The notes under the pieces are model-generated. The model was given only the letters and a program-made list of their open reading frames with translations, had not been told where the DNA came from and made no database searches. Positions 38,498-49,500 of a DNA stretch of 64,000 nucleotides are shown here, piece by piece; within the stretch, counting starts at the first letter, position 1, and each line of letters begins with the position of its first letter. The DNA is from Dehalococcoidia bacterium. GTDB taxonomy: Bacteria; Chloroflexota; Dehalococcoidia; Plut-88900. The DNA lies in contig OZ240215.1 of NCBI GenBank assembly GCA_965197585.1, positions 2,272,001 through 2,336,000 on the forward strand, in the 5' to 3' direction. A program made the translations under genes and the position numbers.

Positions 38498-38755
38498 ATG
38501 ACGTATCCGGCAATTATCGAAGGCGGGGGAGACGATTACGGCATTGTATTCCCGGACCTGCCCGGAATAGTGGCCATGGGAGACACGCTCGACCAAGTCG
38601 TCCAGAACGCCGAGGAAGCCCTCCGAGACTATGCCATCGAGTCAGAGAGAGATGGCCTTCCACTGGCTACTCCCAGTTCATCCGAAGACGTAGAAGTGCC
38701 TTCTAACTGTACCCTTACGTCTATTCTATTGGTTCGTTCGTCCACTTTGGCCTAG
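38498..38755 (+). CDS. HicB-family antitoxin (no adjacent HicA)
   Basis: YPAIIE...YGIVFPDLPG...GDTLDQ...AEEAL. Confidence 0.85.
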   Translation: MTYPAIIEGGGDDYGIVFPDLPGIVAMGDTLDQVVQNAEEALRDYAIESERDGLPLATPSSSEDVEVPSNCTLTSILLVRSSTLA

Positions 38756-38877
38756 TCTTGGACCAGGTGGCCTGCACCCCCTTAATGATTCCGGCGCCCG
38801 AGCCTGCACACGAAGTACGTCCTAGCCACCCCCTCGTCAGGACATTTGGATAGTCAATTCATGGAATGTGGCTGTGA

Positions 38878-41046
38878 CTACCCCCTCCTCATCCACCTCG
38901 GCGCCCACCAGTTCAAGTCCCCCAGCACCTTCATCAGCGACGGCACCAGCAGAGCCCTCACCACCGTGCTGTCGAGGAATATAGCCAGCGCAATTCCCAG
39001 CCCCAGCGCCTTGATGATTATGATGTCCCCAAACGTGAACGACCCCGCGACCAGTATTAGCACCAGGGCCGCACTCGTTATGATCCGACCCGTCTTCTCC
39101 AAACCCAATGCCACACTGGACGCATTGTCCCCCGACTCATCGTAAATCTCCTTGATACGCGTCAGCAGAAACACCTCGTAGTCCATGGAGAGGCCAAACA
39201 GGATGGTGAACAGGAGGATGGGGATGGTTGCTTCAAGGAACCCCGTCGAGGTGAAGTTGAGCAGCCCCTCCAGGTGCCCCTGCTGGAAGATGAACACCAG
39301 TGCCCCGTAGCTGGCGAACACGCTCATGCCGTTCATAACCAGCGCCTTCAACGGTATCACCACAGACCTGAAAAGAACGGCCAATACGATGTATACCGAG
39401 ACCGTCACCAACACAAGGGCCCACGGGAAGGCGTCGTACATGGCGTCAACCGCATCCATCAAGCTGGCCGTCGCCCCCGACACCAGGAACTCTCCTTCTC
39501 CCTCGTACGCCCGAAGGCTCCGCACCGTGTCACGCGCCTCCTCCGAGTTCATCTCGTAGACGGTGTAGATGCTGACCATCGTGACCCGGCCGCCGCCAAA
39601 CTCTTCCAGCACAGAGGCCAGCTCCGGCGAGGCCCTTGCCTCTGCGCTTGCGTACAGGGCCTGATACTGCTCCACCGTCCACCCGGGCCCGCCATCAACG
39701 ATGCTCTCCAACCGGGTCACGCCCGGAAGTTCCCTTGCCATCTGTGAGTACCTATGGAGCGCAGCCAAGTTATCCGGGTTAACGACTTCCTCCTCGAACC
39801 GGGCCGCAACCAGTATCGGTACAAGTGCCCCTTCCCCAAACTCCTCTGATACCTTCTCCCACCCTTGCCTCGACTCCGCCTCCTCGGGCAGAACGCTGGC
39901 CCACGGGATACCCAGCTTCACCTGCAGGAACGGGATTCCCAACGCCAACAGCACTACAATCACTGGGACCATCACCAGCAGCGGACGTCGGATGACCCAC
40001 GAGGCCAGGGTTCTCCAGAACCGGCCGTTCCGGTATAGGCGCTCTGGAAGTATGGGCAACGCGTCAATCCGCCTCCCGATCACCGACAACAGCGCCGGCA
40101 CCAACGTGAGCGCCACCACCACCGACGCCGCAATCACCACCATCCCCCCAATCCCGATCGACCTCAGCATCGATAGCTCGAATATGAGCAAGCCCATAAG
40201 CCCCAGGGCCGTCGTAATCCCCGAAAAGAGGATCGCCCTCCCCGCAGTCGCCACCGTCACCGCCACACTTTCCTCCACGCCTCTATCCGACAGTTCCTCC
40301 CGATACCTGCTCACCATCAACAGTGAGTAGTCGATGGCTGCCCCCACCCCCAGCAGAGTCGCCGTGTTCATCGCAAAGACCGACATCGGGGTCACGAGTC
40401 CCAGCAAGTAGATAACCGCTAACGTGATCCCGAGTCCCATCGCCCCGATTGCTATGGGCGCTGCTACCGATACCACAGTCCGAAAGATTAGAAGCAGGAC
40501 CAGCGCCACCACCGGGAAGGTGATGATTTCCGCGCGCCTGAGGTCCCGGCCCGTGTATTCGTTGATGTCCGAAAAGATCGCCGAGCCCCCGGTTACCCAC
40601 ACATCCAGCTCCACCTCGGGTATCGACGCCCGGATTTTCGGCACCTCGTCGAGCACGTCGTCCAATGGAATGTCCAACCCGGCAATGGCGAATGTGGTTC
40701 GCCCATCGGGTGAGACCAAGTTCGTGTTGCCCGTCGCGAAGAAGCTATCGACCCTGGCTACACCCGGATAACCGCCAACGGCGGAAAGAACGGTCTGGGC
40801 GCGTGCCTCATAGACAGGGTCTTGTACGGTGAGGCTATCGTGGGATAAGACCAGGATGATTACGGCCTCGTTGAGGATGCCTTCCTCTTCGAGGATCTGG
40901 AAAGCCTGCCGAGCCTCGGTATCCTGCTCCCCAAACCCCGACGTAAGCACGGTACCTACCCTTGGGGCCAACACCCCAACCCCGGCAAGTACAACCACCC
41001 AAAACGCAATGACAAGCCAGCGGTATCTGTATGTCCAACGGCCCAA
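38878..41046 (-). CDS. MMPL family (RND superfamily) transporter
   Basis: Two MMPL repeats; GAAIDYSLLMVSRYREE, GLSMDYEVFLLTRIKE, NWWAP. Confidence 0.9.
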   Translation of the reverse strand: MGRWTYRYRWLVIAFWVVVLAGVGVLAPRVGTVLTSGFGEQDTEARQAFQILEEEGILNEAVIILVLSHDSLTVQDPVYEARAQTVLSAVGGYPGVARVDSFFATGNTNLVSPDGRTTFAIAGLDIPLDDVLDEVPKIRASIPEVELDVWVTGGSAIFSDINEYTGRDLRRAEIITFPVVALVLLLIFRTVVSVAAPIAIGAMGLGITLAVIYLLGLVTPMSVFAMNTATLLGVGAAIDYSLLMVSRYREELSDRGVEESVAVTVATAGRAILFSGITTALGLMGLLIFELSMLRSIGIGGMVVIAASVVVALTLVPALLSVIGRRIDALPILPERLYRNGRFWRTLASWVIRRPLLVMVPVIVVLLALGIPFLQVKLGIPWASVLPEEAESRQGWEKVSEEFGEGALVPILVAARFEEEVVNPDNLAALHRYSQMARELPGVTRLESIVDGGPGWTVEQYQALYASAEARASPELASVLEEFGGGRVTMVSIYTVYEMNSEEARDTVRSLRAYEGEGEFLVSGATASLMDAVDAMYDAFPWALVLVTVSVYIVLAVLFRSVVIPLKALVMNGMSVFASYGALVFIFQQGHLEGLLNFTSTGFLEATIPILLFTILFGLSMDYEVFLLTRIKEIYDESGDNASSVALGLEKTGRIITSAALVLILVAGSFTFGDIIIIKALGLGIALAIFLDSTVVRALLVPSLMKVLGDLNWWAPRWMRRG

Positions 41047-41268
41047 ACGGTAGAAGAAGGAAGTATGGATATCGCGGGCCAGGATTACACCTCCGGGGGT
41101 TACGCATTCGAATTATATCAATGCCCCCTCCCCCCGACCCAAATAATTGCGGCATATGCTGTAGAGCAGCATCTGCCGCAACCCAATAAACAGGGCGGAT
41201 GGGGGAACCAAATCGTCGCTCTGGGATGGAAGTGAGCAGGGGCTTGCCCCATGCCCTAGAATTTAAGC

Positions 41269-42417
41269 ATGCGATCCAGGCCCGATATTGAGTACGTCGC
41301 AGATTCCGACGCCCTGCAACGCATCACCAACGATATACTTCGCAGCCCCTTCGTCAGCGTCGACACCGAGTCCAACGGCTTCTTCCGCTATCCCGAACGC
41401 GTCTGCCTCGTCCAGATGGCCACCGACACCGGCTGCTACCTGGTAGACCCCCTTGCCGTAGATATTGCCGAACTCCTTGGCAGCATTCTCCATGACCCTT
41501 CCATCAAGAAGATCCTACACAGTGGAGATAACGACATCCGTACGCTCGACAGGGAATGGGGCCTCACCATCGTCAATCTCTACGATACCTCCATCGGGGC
41601 AAGGTTTCTCGGGCTGGAGAAGCTGGGTCTCGGCAATGTCGCCGAGGAGGTCATCGGGCTAAAGTTGGCCAAGGACAAGCGTCTCCAACGCGCCGATTGG
41701 GGCCTGAGACCCCTGTCTGATGAGGCCCTGGAATATGCCGCCTCCGACGTGTTGCACCTCAAACGGCTCATGGATGAGCTCGTCCGCCGCACCGACGCCC
41801 TCGGGCGCAGCGAGTGGGTCGAAGAAGAGTGCCGCCGCTTCGAGGATGTGCGCTACTCCCCTCCCGACGAACCACAGAGAGCTTTCATATCCATCAAGGG
41901 AAACTCAGGGCTGGACGGCAGGGGCTTGGCCATACTACGTGAGCTGGCCGTTTTCCGTGAGTCTGCGGCGCTCAAGTTGGGCCGCCCGACATTCCGCGTC
42001 ATGCCAGACCAAGCCCTGGCGGCGATAGCCCAGGACCCGAATGCCGACCTGAAGAGCATCTCGGGAATTGGGCAATACGGGGTACGTCGGTACGGCAAGG
42101 CAATAGCCAAGGCGGTGGCCAAAGGCATGGCGTCTGAGCCCGTGGATCGACGTGCCTTCCGAAAACCCTCCCCCCCGAGGCCATCCCACGAGCAGATGTC
42201 CAACCTCAAACAGCTCAAAGTCTGGCGCTCTGCGCAGGCAAAGGAGTTGTCACTGGACCAGTCGCTTATATGGCCCGCCGACAGCCTGGATAGACTGGCT
42301 CGCGGCCCCTCAACACTCGACGAAGAAATGCATGCCCCCGAAGTGCGCCGATGGCAAGTCTCCCGATTCGCCGAATCCTTGCACCACACCGCCAAACGCC
42401 TCCACCCAACCGGCTAA
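41269..42417 (+). CDS. rnd: Ribonuclease D (DEDD exonuclease plus HRDC)
   Basis: VDTES, LVQMA, KILHS, YDT, DWGLRPLS, YAASDV. Confidence 0.88.
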   Translation: MRSRPDIEYVADSDALQRITNDILRSPFVSVDTESNGFFRYPERVCLVQMATDTGCYLVDPLAVDIAELLGSILHDPSIKKILHSGDNDIRTLDREWGLTIVNLYDTSIGARFLGLEKLGLGNVAEEVIGLKLAKDKRLQRADWGLRPLSDEALEYAASDVLHLKRLMDELVRRTDALGRSEWVEEECRRFEDVRYSPPDEPQRAFISIKGNSGLDGRGLAILRELAVFRESAALKLGRPTFRVMPDQALAAIAQDPNADLKSISGIGQYGVRRYGKAIAKAVAKGMASEPVDRRAFRKPSPPRPSHEQMSNLKQLKVWRSAQAKELSLDQSLIWPADSLDRLARGPSTLDEEMHAPEVRRWQVSRFAESLHHTAKRLHPTG

Positions 42418-42535
42418 CCCAAAATGGCCAATTCTGCCCTTGATTCACCAGATGGAGGTAATCCGCCAACATGCTAGAATCAACCCCCTCCGAGTGCACA
42501 CTGGGTAGAGAGGTCTCGCACGTTAAGATTTGGAA

Positions 42536-44557
42536 ATGAAAGCGGATATCTCAATTTCGACGCTGAATTCTGCCGACGCGGATTCTGTTGACCAACTTAT
42601 GAAGCGTAATAGCAATACGCTTGGCTTCCTTCCTTTAGTTGTTATTGAGGATCACCTCAACAAGAGGTCGGTATTGGGAGCCAAGGATTTGGACGGCCAA
42701 CTGCTTGGTTACCTTTTATACGCGGCCTATCCAAACCGTTTCCGCATTGCCCATCTCTGCGTCTCGCGTGAGACCAGGGGTCAGGGCCTTGCGGGGAGGC
42801 TAATAGAGGCTCTGATTGAGACCGCAACAACACAGACGATTATCACACTTAGCTGCCGCAATGATTTCGAGGCCCATAAAATGTGGCCAAAGCTCGGGTT
42901 CGCCGCATTGTACGAGAAGGCTGGTAGATCTAAGGAAGGCCTTCCCCTAACCGTGTGGCGTCGTATTATTGCGCTCGATAATCAACTTGGCCTCTTTCAG
43001 GCAAATGTATCAGATGAGGTACTAGATGTCATAATCGACGCCCAGATATTTTTCGACTTCGATGCCCCTCTCAGCGAGCATGCACAGCCTTCCAAAACAC
43101 TGCTGTCAGACTTCTTTATCGATTCGATCAATCTTTGGATAACCGATGAGTTGTTAACCGAAATCAGTCGTAACGACAACCCGGAGGGCCGTGACAATCG
43201 CAGATCGAGGGCCTACGAGTTTCCTGAAGTGAAGTATGATCCTCAGTACTTGGAGTACTTTGTGGAGTTGTTGAAGGGCATTCTACCGAATAGTAATCCA
43301 AGTCAGATGTCAGACATATATCATCTTGCTAAGGCAGCATCCTCCGATGTTCATGTCTTCATTACCAGGGATAATCTCTTATTGAACAAGGCCGAACAAA
43401 TCCACGCGTTGGTAAACGTGGAAGTCATTTCTCCAACTGCCTTGATTCTTAGGGCACGCGAACTTTCCGAGAAGCAAACCCCAGTGCCTGATCGAGTTGC
43501 CGGACTTGGCTTGGAATGGAGACACCTTAACTCGAGTGACTTCACCGCATTCCCATTCCAAAGATTCCTTCTTCAAGGAGAAAAACTAAATCAATTACGA
43601 CAAAGATTGGGTTATCTGTTAGCCAGTCAATCGTCCGATGAATTGGAAGTGCTTTGGGCTCAGAATGAGCCGGTTGCCTTTCGGATTTTGAAAGCGGATG
43701 GGTCAAACTCCCTTATTTTGTCATTGGGTAGAGTTGAAAACTCTAGAGATCAGTCGCTGCTTGGAGGCTTCCTAGTTTCGGATGTCGTTTACAGGGCGAT
43801 GCGCAAAGGTTTGAGCATGGTTAAGGTTAAGGCCGATGCACTCCCACGAAACCTAATCCACAACCTTTCCTATATGGGTTTTATTGAGTGCAACGGTGAC
43901 TTTTTGAGATTTTGCTTTGCCCAGTATTTGGATCGTGAGGATGCTCTAACCGAAATCGGCAATTTGGCTCCTGCAGCTGTGGAATCCTACCAAAGTATTT
44001 CGGCTTCTGAGTTTGACTGCCATTGCTCGCCCCTATTGTCCAACGTGAATCAGAATTGCTCCCTGGTGCCGATTCGGCAGAGATATGCACTTAACCTCTT
44101 CGATAGAGCATTGTCAGCACAAGGCTTATTCGGGGGCGACGAGAACCTACTTATGCGATGGAGCAACATTTACTATCGAAGAAACAATCGTCAGAAAATG
44201 TTTCAGGCACCTGGACGCATCCTCTGGTATGTAAGTGGAACCAGGAAAGCCATTGTAGCTGTATCACATCTTGACGAAGTCGTAATAGATATCCCAAAAG
44301 AGCTCTTTCGTAGGTTTAGAAAAATTGGCACGTTAGCATGGGAGGATCTTTACGAGCTCTGTGATGGTGATGTCTCTAAAAGGCTTATGGCTTTGCGGTT
44401 TTCTCACACCTTTCCATTACAGACAGAGGTTCCTCTAAAAGAAATAAAGAGGGTGTTTAATGACGATGGATTTGGCGTATCAGTACAAGGGCCAATCAGG
44501 GTGCCTTGCAGCAGTCTCAGAAGGCTATATCAACTAGGATATCCTGGGAGACAATGA
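42536..44557 (+). CDS. Multidomain GNAT acetyltransferase-PIN protein with PUA/ASCH-like C-terminus
   Basis: N-terminal GNAT (HLCVS..RGQGLAG); PIN-like IIDAQ..TDELLTE..SDIYHLA..FITRD; C-terminal ILWYVS; low GC. Confidence 0.75.
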   Translation: MKADISISTLNSADADSVDQLMKRNSNTLGFLPLVVIEDHLNKRSVLGAKDLDGQLLGYLLYAAYPNRFRIAHLCVSRETRGQGLAGRLIEALIETATTQTIITLSCRNDFEAHKMWPKLGFAALYEKAGRSKEGLPLTVWRRIIALDNQLGLFQANVSDEVLDVIIDAQIFFDFDAPLSEHAQPSKTLLSDFFIDSINLWITDELLTEISRNDNPEGRDNRRSRAYEFPEVKYDPQYLEYFVELLKGILPNSNPSQMSDIYHLAKAASSDVHVFITRDNLLLNKAEQIHALVNVEVISPTALILRARELSEKQTPVPDRVAGLGLEWRHLNSSDFTAFPFQRFLLQGEKLNQLRQRLGYLLASQSSDELEVLWAQNEPVAFRILKADGSNSLILSLGRVENSRDQSLLGGFLVSDVVYRAMRKGLSMVKVKADALPRNLIHNLSYMGFIECNGDFLRFCFAQYLDREDALTEIGNLAPAAVESYQSISASEFDCHCSPLLSNVNQNCSLVPIRQRYALNLFDRALSAQGLFGGDENLLMRWSNIYYRRNNRQKMFQAPGRILWYVSGTRKAIVAVSHLDEVVIDIPKELFRRFRKIGTLAWEDLYELCDGDVSKRLMALRFSHTFPLQTEVPLKEIKRVFNDDGFGVSVQGPIRVPCSSLRRLYQLGYPGRQ

Positions 44558-45021
44558 ATTCACTATCAAAGTCTCTTTTGCTGTCAGTAAAACCGCAATA
44601 TTCTGAATTGATTTTCGCTGGGCGCAAGAGGGCTGAATTAAGGCGAACTAGCCCACCGGATATGGAGAGTCGTGAGGCGTTTATTTATGTCACTAGTCCT
44701 GTGATGCAGCTTACCGGCGGATTCCATGTCGACGAAGTACTAGCCGGAACTCCAGAAGAGGTATGGAGCAAGGTGGCTCACTACGCTGGCGTTCCTAAGT
44801 CAGAATTCGATGCATATTACGCGGGGCGGTCAGTTGCCTATGCTCTAAAGATCACTGAAGTATGGCAATATGAGCATCCGGTCAGGTTGGCTGAATTGAG
44901 GGACAGGTTCGATAACTTCGTGGTTCCCCAGTCCTGGCGATATGTGACGCCTGAAGAACAAACTTCTTTCAAGGAAATGCAGCGAATCTCTTGTGCTTCA
45001 AACCATTACAGGGGACTGTGA
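44554..45021 (+). CDS. ASCH domain protein
   Basis: LLLSVKPQYSELIFAGRKRAELRR, IYVTSP, PQSWRY; ATGA overlap with upstream gene. Confidence 0.85.
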   Translation: MNSLSKSLLLSVKPQYSELIFAGRKRAELRRTSPPDMESREAFIYVTSPVMQLTGGFHVDEVLAGTPEEVWSKVAHYAGVPKSEFDAYYAGRSVAYALKITEVWQYEHPVRLAELRDRFDNFVVPQSWRYVTPEEQTSFKEMQRISCASNHYRGL

Positions 45022-45881
45022 ATGGAGCCCAAATTCTCCAATATCTTCGTAATCGAATACCCCCGATTCAGAGCGTAGAAGTGAATCCCTTCCACCCCGT
45101 TAGCCTTCAAATCGGCAATTTGAGCAGTGGCCAACTCGATTCCCAGCTCCCGCACCGCATTATCATCCTCTCCGAGCTTGTCCAGCCGACCATCAATCTC
45201 CCGGGGGATGGCTGAGCCACACAGCGCCGTGAACCGGCGTATCTGAGCACCGGTCAGGATCGGTAACACCCCGGCAATCACAGGCACTCCTATCCCCGAC
45301 CCCCGCGCCATCTCCAAAAACCGGTAGAAGTCCGAGTTATCGAAGAACAACTGGGTTATCAGGTACTCAGCTCCCCCGTCCACCTTGCGCTTCACGTACT
45401 CTATGTCCGTGCGAAGGTCCGGGGCCTCCGGATGGCCTTCCGGGTAGCACGCCGCAGCGAGACCGAAGTCGAAGTTGCTGCGTATGTGCCTGAGCAGGTC
45501 GGTCGCGTGTGGAAACCCGTTCTCAACGGGCGAGAAAGCATCCTGCCCCCGAGGCGGATCGCCGCGCAGTGCAATCACGTTCTCGATACCCCCGGCCTCG
45601 TATCGAGCCAGAACTTGGTGGACCTCGTCCCGAGACTGGGCAGAGCAGGTAACGTGTGCCATGACCAGCAGCCGCTCCTCCTCCTTGATCCGCAGCGCCA
45701 GCTCCTCAGTCATGGTCTTCGTCGATCCACCCGCCCCGTAAGTCATCGACACGAAGTCGGGCGAGAAGCGTTTGAGGTTCTTAATTGTCCTGTAGAGAGA
45801 GGTCACTCCGGCGGGTGTCTTGGGAGGGAAGAACTCGAACGAGAGGGTGGGTCGGGTGGAGAGGATGTCGATAATCTTCAT
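45006..45881 (-). CDS. metF: Methylenetetrahydrofolate reductase
   Basis: SFEFFPPKT, TYGAGGS, ALRGDPP, YPEGHP, ITQLFF, HFYALN. Confidence 0.96.
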   Translation of the reverse strand: MKIIDILSTRPTLSFEFFPPKTPAGVTSLYRTIKNLKRFSPDFVSMTYGAGGSTKTMTEELALRIKEEERLLVMAHVTCSAQSRDEVHQVLARYEAGGIENVIALRGDPPRGQDAFSPVENGFPHATDLLRHIRSNFDFGLAAACYPEGHPEAPDLRTDIEYVKRKVDGGAEYLITQLFFDNSDFYRFLEMARGSGIGVPVIAGVLPILTGAQIRRFTALCGSAIPREIDGRLDKLGEDDNAVRELGIELATAQIADLKANGVEGIHFYALNRGYSITKILENLGSIHSPL

Positions 45882-45907
45882 GCGGGCCGTTGCCCCTACT
45901 CGCTTTT

Positions 45908-46528
45908 CTAGCTGGTAACGACCGCGATGTCGTATTCCAAGCCCGCGTGGTTAAACCATCGGGCTAGGTAGTGAGCGAAGCTGCGTCGCACCACAACGTC
46001 GTAGGTCGGCCTATCGTCAACTTGAATGATCAGGGCGTTGGACTTGGCTATGTGGCTCTGGGCGCACTGCCCGGCCCCGAACGCCCGAGGGTGTAGGTCC
46101 AACGGGCATCCCTTGTTCAGCAGATCCCTCGCCCGTGCCCCGCGCAACCTGATGATCGTCTGTCCGCCCGATATATCATTCACCGAAACATGTAGCGCCG
46201 TCAGCGCCTCTTGCAACTTGGCGGCAAGCCCATCTTTAACATCGGGGGGAGAGACTACTAGCCATTCATCGGGCCCCAGCCATGCAATTAACATATCCCC
46301 GACCCGCGACACCGTGTTGGGCTCAATCGGCGCCCGAGCCCCAATAACACGCTCGACTCCGGCCTGAAACGCCTCGTCGGTCCCATCTCCTCGCAGATTG
46401 ACGTGCCCCCAAAAGGCTCGTTCCCCCATCTCGACGCCCCGCGATTCGTCGGCCTCAACGGGCGGGTGGTCGGCAAGGAACTCCACCAGGGGAGACCCCC
46501 GGCGCATTTCACTGGATTCGCTAGACAT
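45908..46528 (-). CDS. soxG: Sarcosine oxidase subunit gamma
   Basis: WLGPDEWL, CPLDLHP, RRSFA; operon position. Confidence 0.9.
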   Translation of the reverse strand: MSSESSEMRRGSPLVEFLADHPPVEADESRGVEMGERAFWGHVNLRGDGTDEAFQAGVERVIGARAPIEPNTVSRVGDMLIAWLGPDEWLVVSPPDVKDGLAAKLQEALTALHVSVNDISGGQTIIRLRGARARDLLNKGCPLDLHPRAFGAGQCAQSHIAKSNALIIQVDDRPTYDVVVRRSFAHYLARWFNHAGLEYDIAVVTS

Positions 46529-49500
46529 TCTGCCGCTCGTTCTTCGGGTCGTAGAACACAGGATTGGTTACCCTCGCCGTTATCGAATTGCCGTCGTGGA
46601 GCGGTATGTACACCCGTTGCCCCATTCGCGCTTTGCCTCCCTTGACCAGCGCCAAGGCGACAGGATGCCCAAGAGATGCGCTGTAATAGCTCGAAGTCAC
46701 GTGCCCTATCATCTTGATCGGGATCGGGCCCCGAGGATCTTCCACTATTTGCGCCCCGTCCGGTATCACCCTGACCGGATACTCCGATTTCAGCCCCACA
46801 AGTTGCTTCCTGTCCTTCCTCACAATGTCCGGCCGGGACAGCGACCTCTTCCCCAAAAAGTCCTTCCGTTTCGACACCAGCCAGTCCAGCCCAAGGTCCG
46901 ATGGTGTCACCGTCCCGTCCGTGTCCTGCCCGACGATTATGAACGCCTTTTCCGCTCGGAGAATGTGCATCGTCTCAGTGCCATAGGGCGTGATCCCGAA
47001 CTCCGCCCCCGCCTCCATCACCGACTCCCAGACGTGGAGCCCGTAGTCCGCGGGCACGTTTATCTCGAACGTGAGCTCGCCGCTGAAGCTGATGCGGAAC
47101 ACCCGCGCCCGCACCCCGGCCACGGTTCCCTCCCTGAACGACAGGAACGGGAAGGCCTCGCGGGAAAATTCAATGTCGCTGCATATCTTGGCCACCGTGT
47201 CCCGGGCCTTCGGCCCGACAACGGACATCGTAGACCACTGATCGGTGACGGAAGTGAGATATACTTGCAGTTCAGGCCATTCGGTCTGCTGCCACTGTTC
47301 CAGCCAGGACATGACGTTGGCCGCACCACCGGTGGTGGTGAACATATGAAAGCGTCCTGGGGATATGCGGGCGGAGACGCCGTCGTCCATCACCATTCCA
47401 TCCTCCCCGAGCATCAACCCATATCGCGCACGGCCCTCCCCGAGCTTCAGCCAGTTGTTGGAATAGACCCGGTTCAGGAATTCCGCCGCGTCCGGCCCCC
47501 GAACGTCGATCTTCCCCAGCGTCGACTGGTCCAATATAGCCACGGCATGCCGAGCGGAGAGGCATTCCCGGTTCAACGCATCCTGCATCGACTCCCCAGG
47601 TTTCGGGTAATACCACGGTCTCTTCCACTGCCCCACGTTCTCGAACAGAGCTCCGTGGGCCACGTGCCAGGGATGAATCGCCGTCTTTCGCACGGCGTCC
47701 AGCATCTCCCCGACTTCCCCACCCGCAATCGCCCCGAAGGTAACCGGCGCATAGGGCTGCCGAAACGTAACTCCCCCCACTTCGGTAATGTCCTTGCCGA
47801 GGTAGTCGGCCAGCACCCCCATCCCGATTACGTTGCCCAGCTTCCCCTGGTCGGTCCCGAACCCGAGCGTCGTGTACCGGTTCAGCAGCGGCACTGAGTC
47901 ATAGCCCTCTTTGGCGGCCAGTACCACGTCACCCGCGCTCACGTCCTCTTGCAGGTCGATGAACTGCTTGTGTTCGTGAACGGGGTCCTTGCGTGAAGGC
48001 GCCAACCAGACGGTCTTGGGCGGCTCTTCCGTCACGTCGTCGGTTGCCGGAAGCGGGGTCTGCACAACGCCATCCCCGAAACCCGCCCCCCGAGCCGCCC
48101 CCGCACCCGCGGCTAACCCGTCGCCAATGCACGATGCCAGGTCGAAAGCCCCTGCACACGCCCCGACGCTCCTCTCCCGCTGCACCGATTCACCCGGCAC
48201 GAACGCTCCCCGGTTCTCGTCGAATCGTACCTTTCCACCCGACTGTGAGTGAAGGTGTACCGTCGGGTTCCACCCCCCGGAAACCGCAAGTAGATCGCAG
48301 TCTAAGGTCTTCGCATTCCCCCGCACTCCCGTGCCCCTCTGGTCCAAGTCCATGATCACCACACCCTTCACCTTCTTCACACCCTTAACATCCACAATGG
48401 CATGGCTTCCAATAACATGGATTCCCTTGTCCCTAACGAGGGCAGGCAGCGCACCCTGTGGGTTGGGACGGAGGTCTACCACCGCCCTGATTTCCGCGCC
48501 TGCGTCGGCCAGGTCCAGCGCAGTGCGATATCCACTGTCGTTGTTCGTGAACAGTACTGCCCTGCGTCCTGGAAGGACGGCATAACGATTGATGTAGCTC
48601 GACACAGCAGAGGTGAGCATCACCCCCGGCACGTCGTTGTTGGGAAATATCAACGGTCTCTCGAAAGAGCCCGCGGCTATTACAACCTGTTTTGCCCGGA
48701 CCCTCCAGATGCGCTCGTTGGGGTGGTGGGGATGGGAAGCAGCCTGCTCCGGGGTGAAAGACTGAGCTATCGCAAGGAAATTGTGATCGTAATACCCGAA
48801 CACCGAGCTCCGAGGCATCAACTTCACTTCCGGCATCTCCGAAAGTTTCCTGACAGCATCCTCAATCCATTGTTGGGCAGGCAGTCCATCTATCGTTCGA
48901 CGAGAAGACAAAAGACTCCCTCCGAACTCGGCGCCGTCGTCGGCCAATATGACCCGAGCCCCCGTCGCTCCCGCCTCCAGCGCCGCCGCGAGGCCCGACG
49001 GCCCTCCCCCGGCAATCAGAACGTCGCAATGAGCGTTCATCCGGTCGTATTTGTCGGGGTCCGGGGCCCGAGGTGATTCCCCAAGTCCCGCGGCCTTGCG
49101 AATGATCCCTTCATATGTCTTCCACATACTGTGGGGCCACATGAACGTCTTGTAATAGAAGCCGGGAGGCAGGAATCGGGTCAGCTTGCTGTTAATGGCG
49201 GCGAAGTCATGATTCACACTGGGCCAGCAGTTGACGCTCTTCAGTACCATGCCATCGGAGAGTTGCACCTCCGTAGCCCGGAGGTTGGGAGTTGTGCGCG
49301 CTCCCGTGCCGGCCTGCAGCAGTGCGTTCGGCTCCTCCAGCCCCGCCCCCACGATCCCCCGAGGCCGGTGATACTTGAAGCTCCGCCCGACGAGGTGCAC
49401 TCCATTGGCCAGCAGCGCCGACGCCGCAGTGTCGCCTTCGTAACCGCGGTAAGTGCGCCCATTGAATACGAAGGTCAGCGGCCTGTCCCGGTTGATACGG

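Noticed and set aside
41147-41260. GGGGGAACCAAAT...TGGGATG resembling the c-di-AMP (ydaO) riboswitch upstream of rnd
   Set aside because: The required 3' half (CCCGAA.CCGTCAGCTAACC) is absent; only a hairpin at 41147-41181 is evident.
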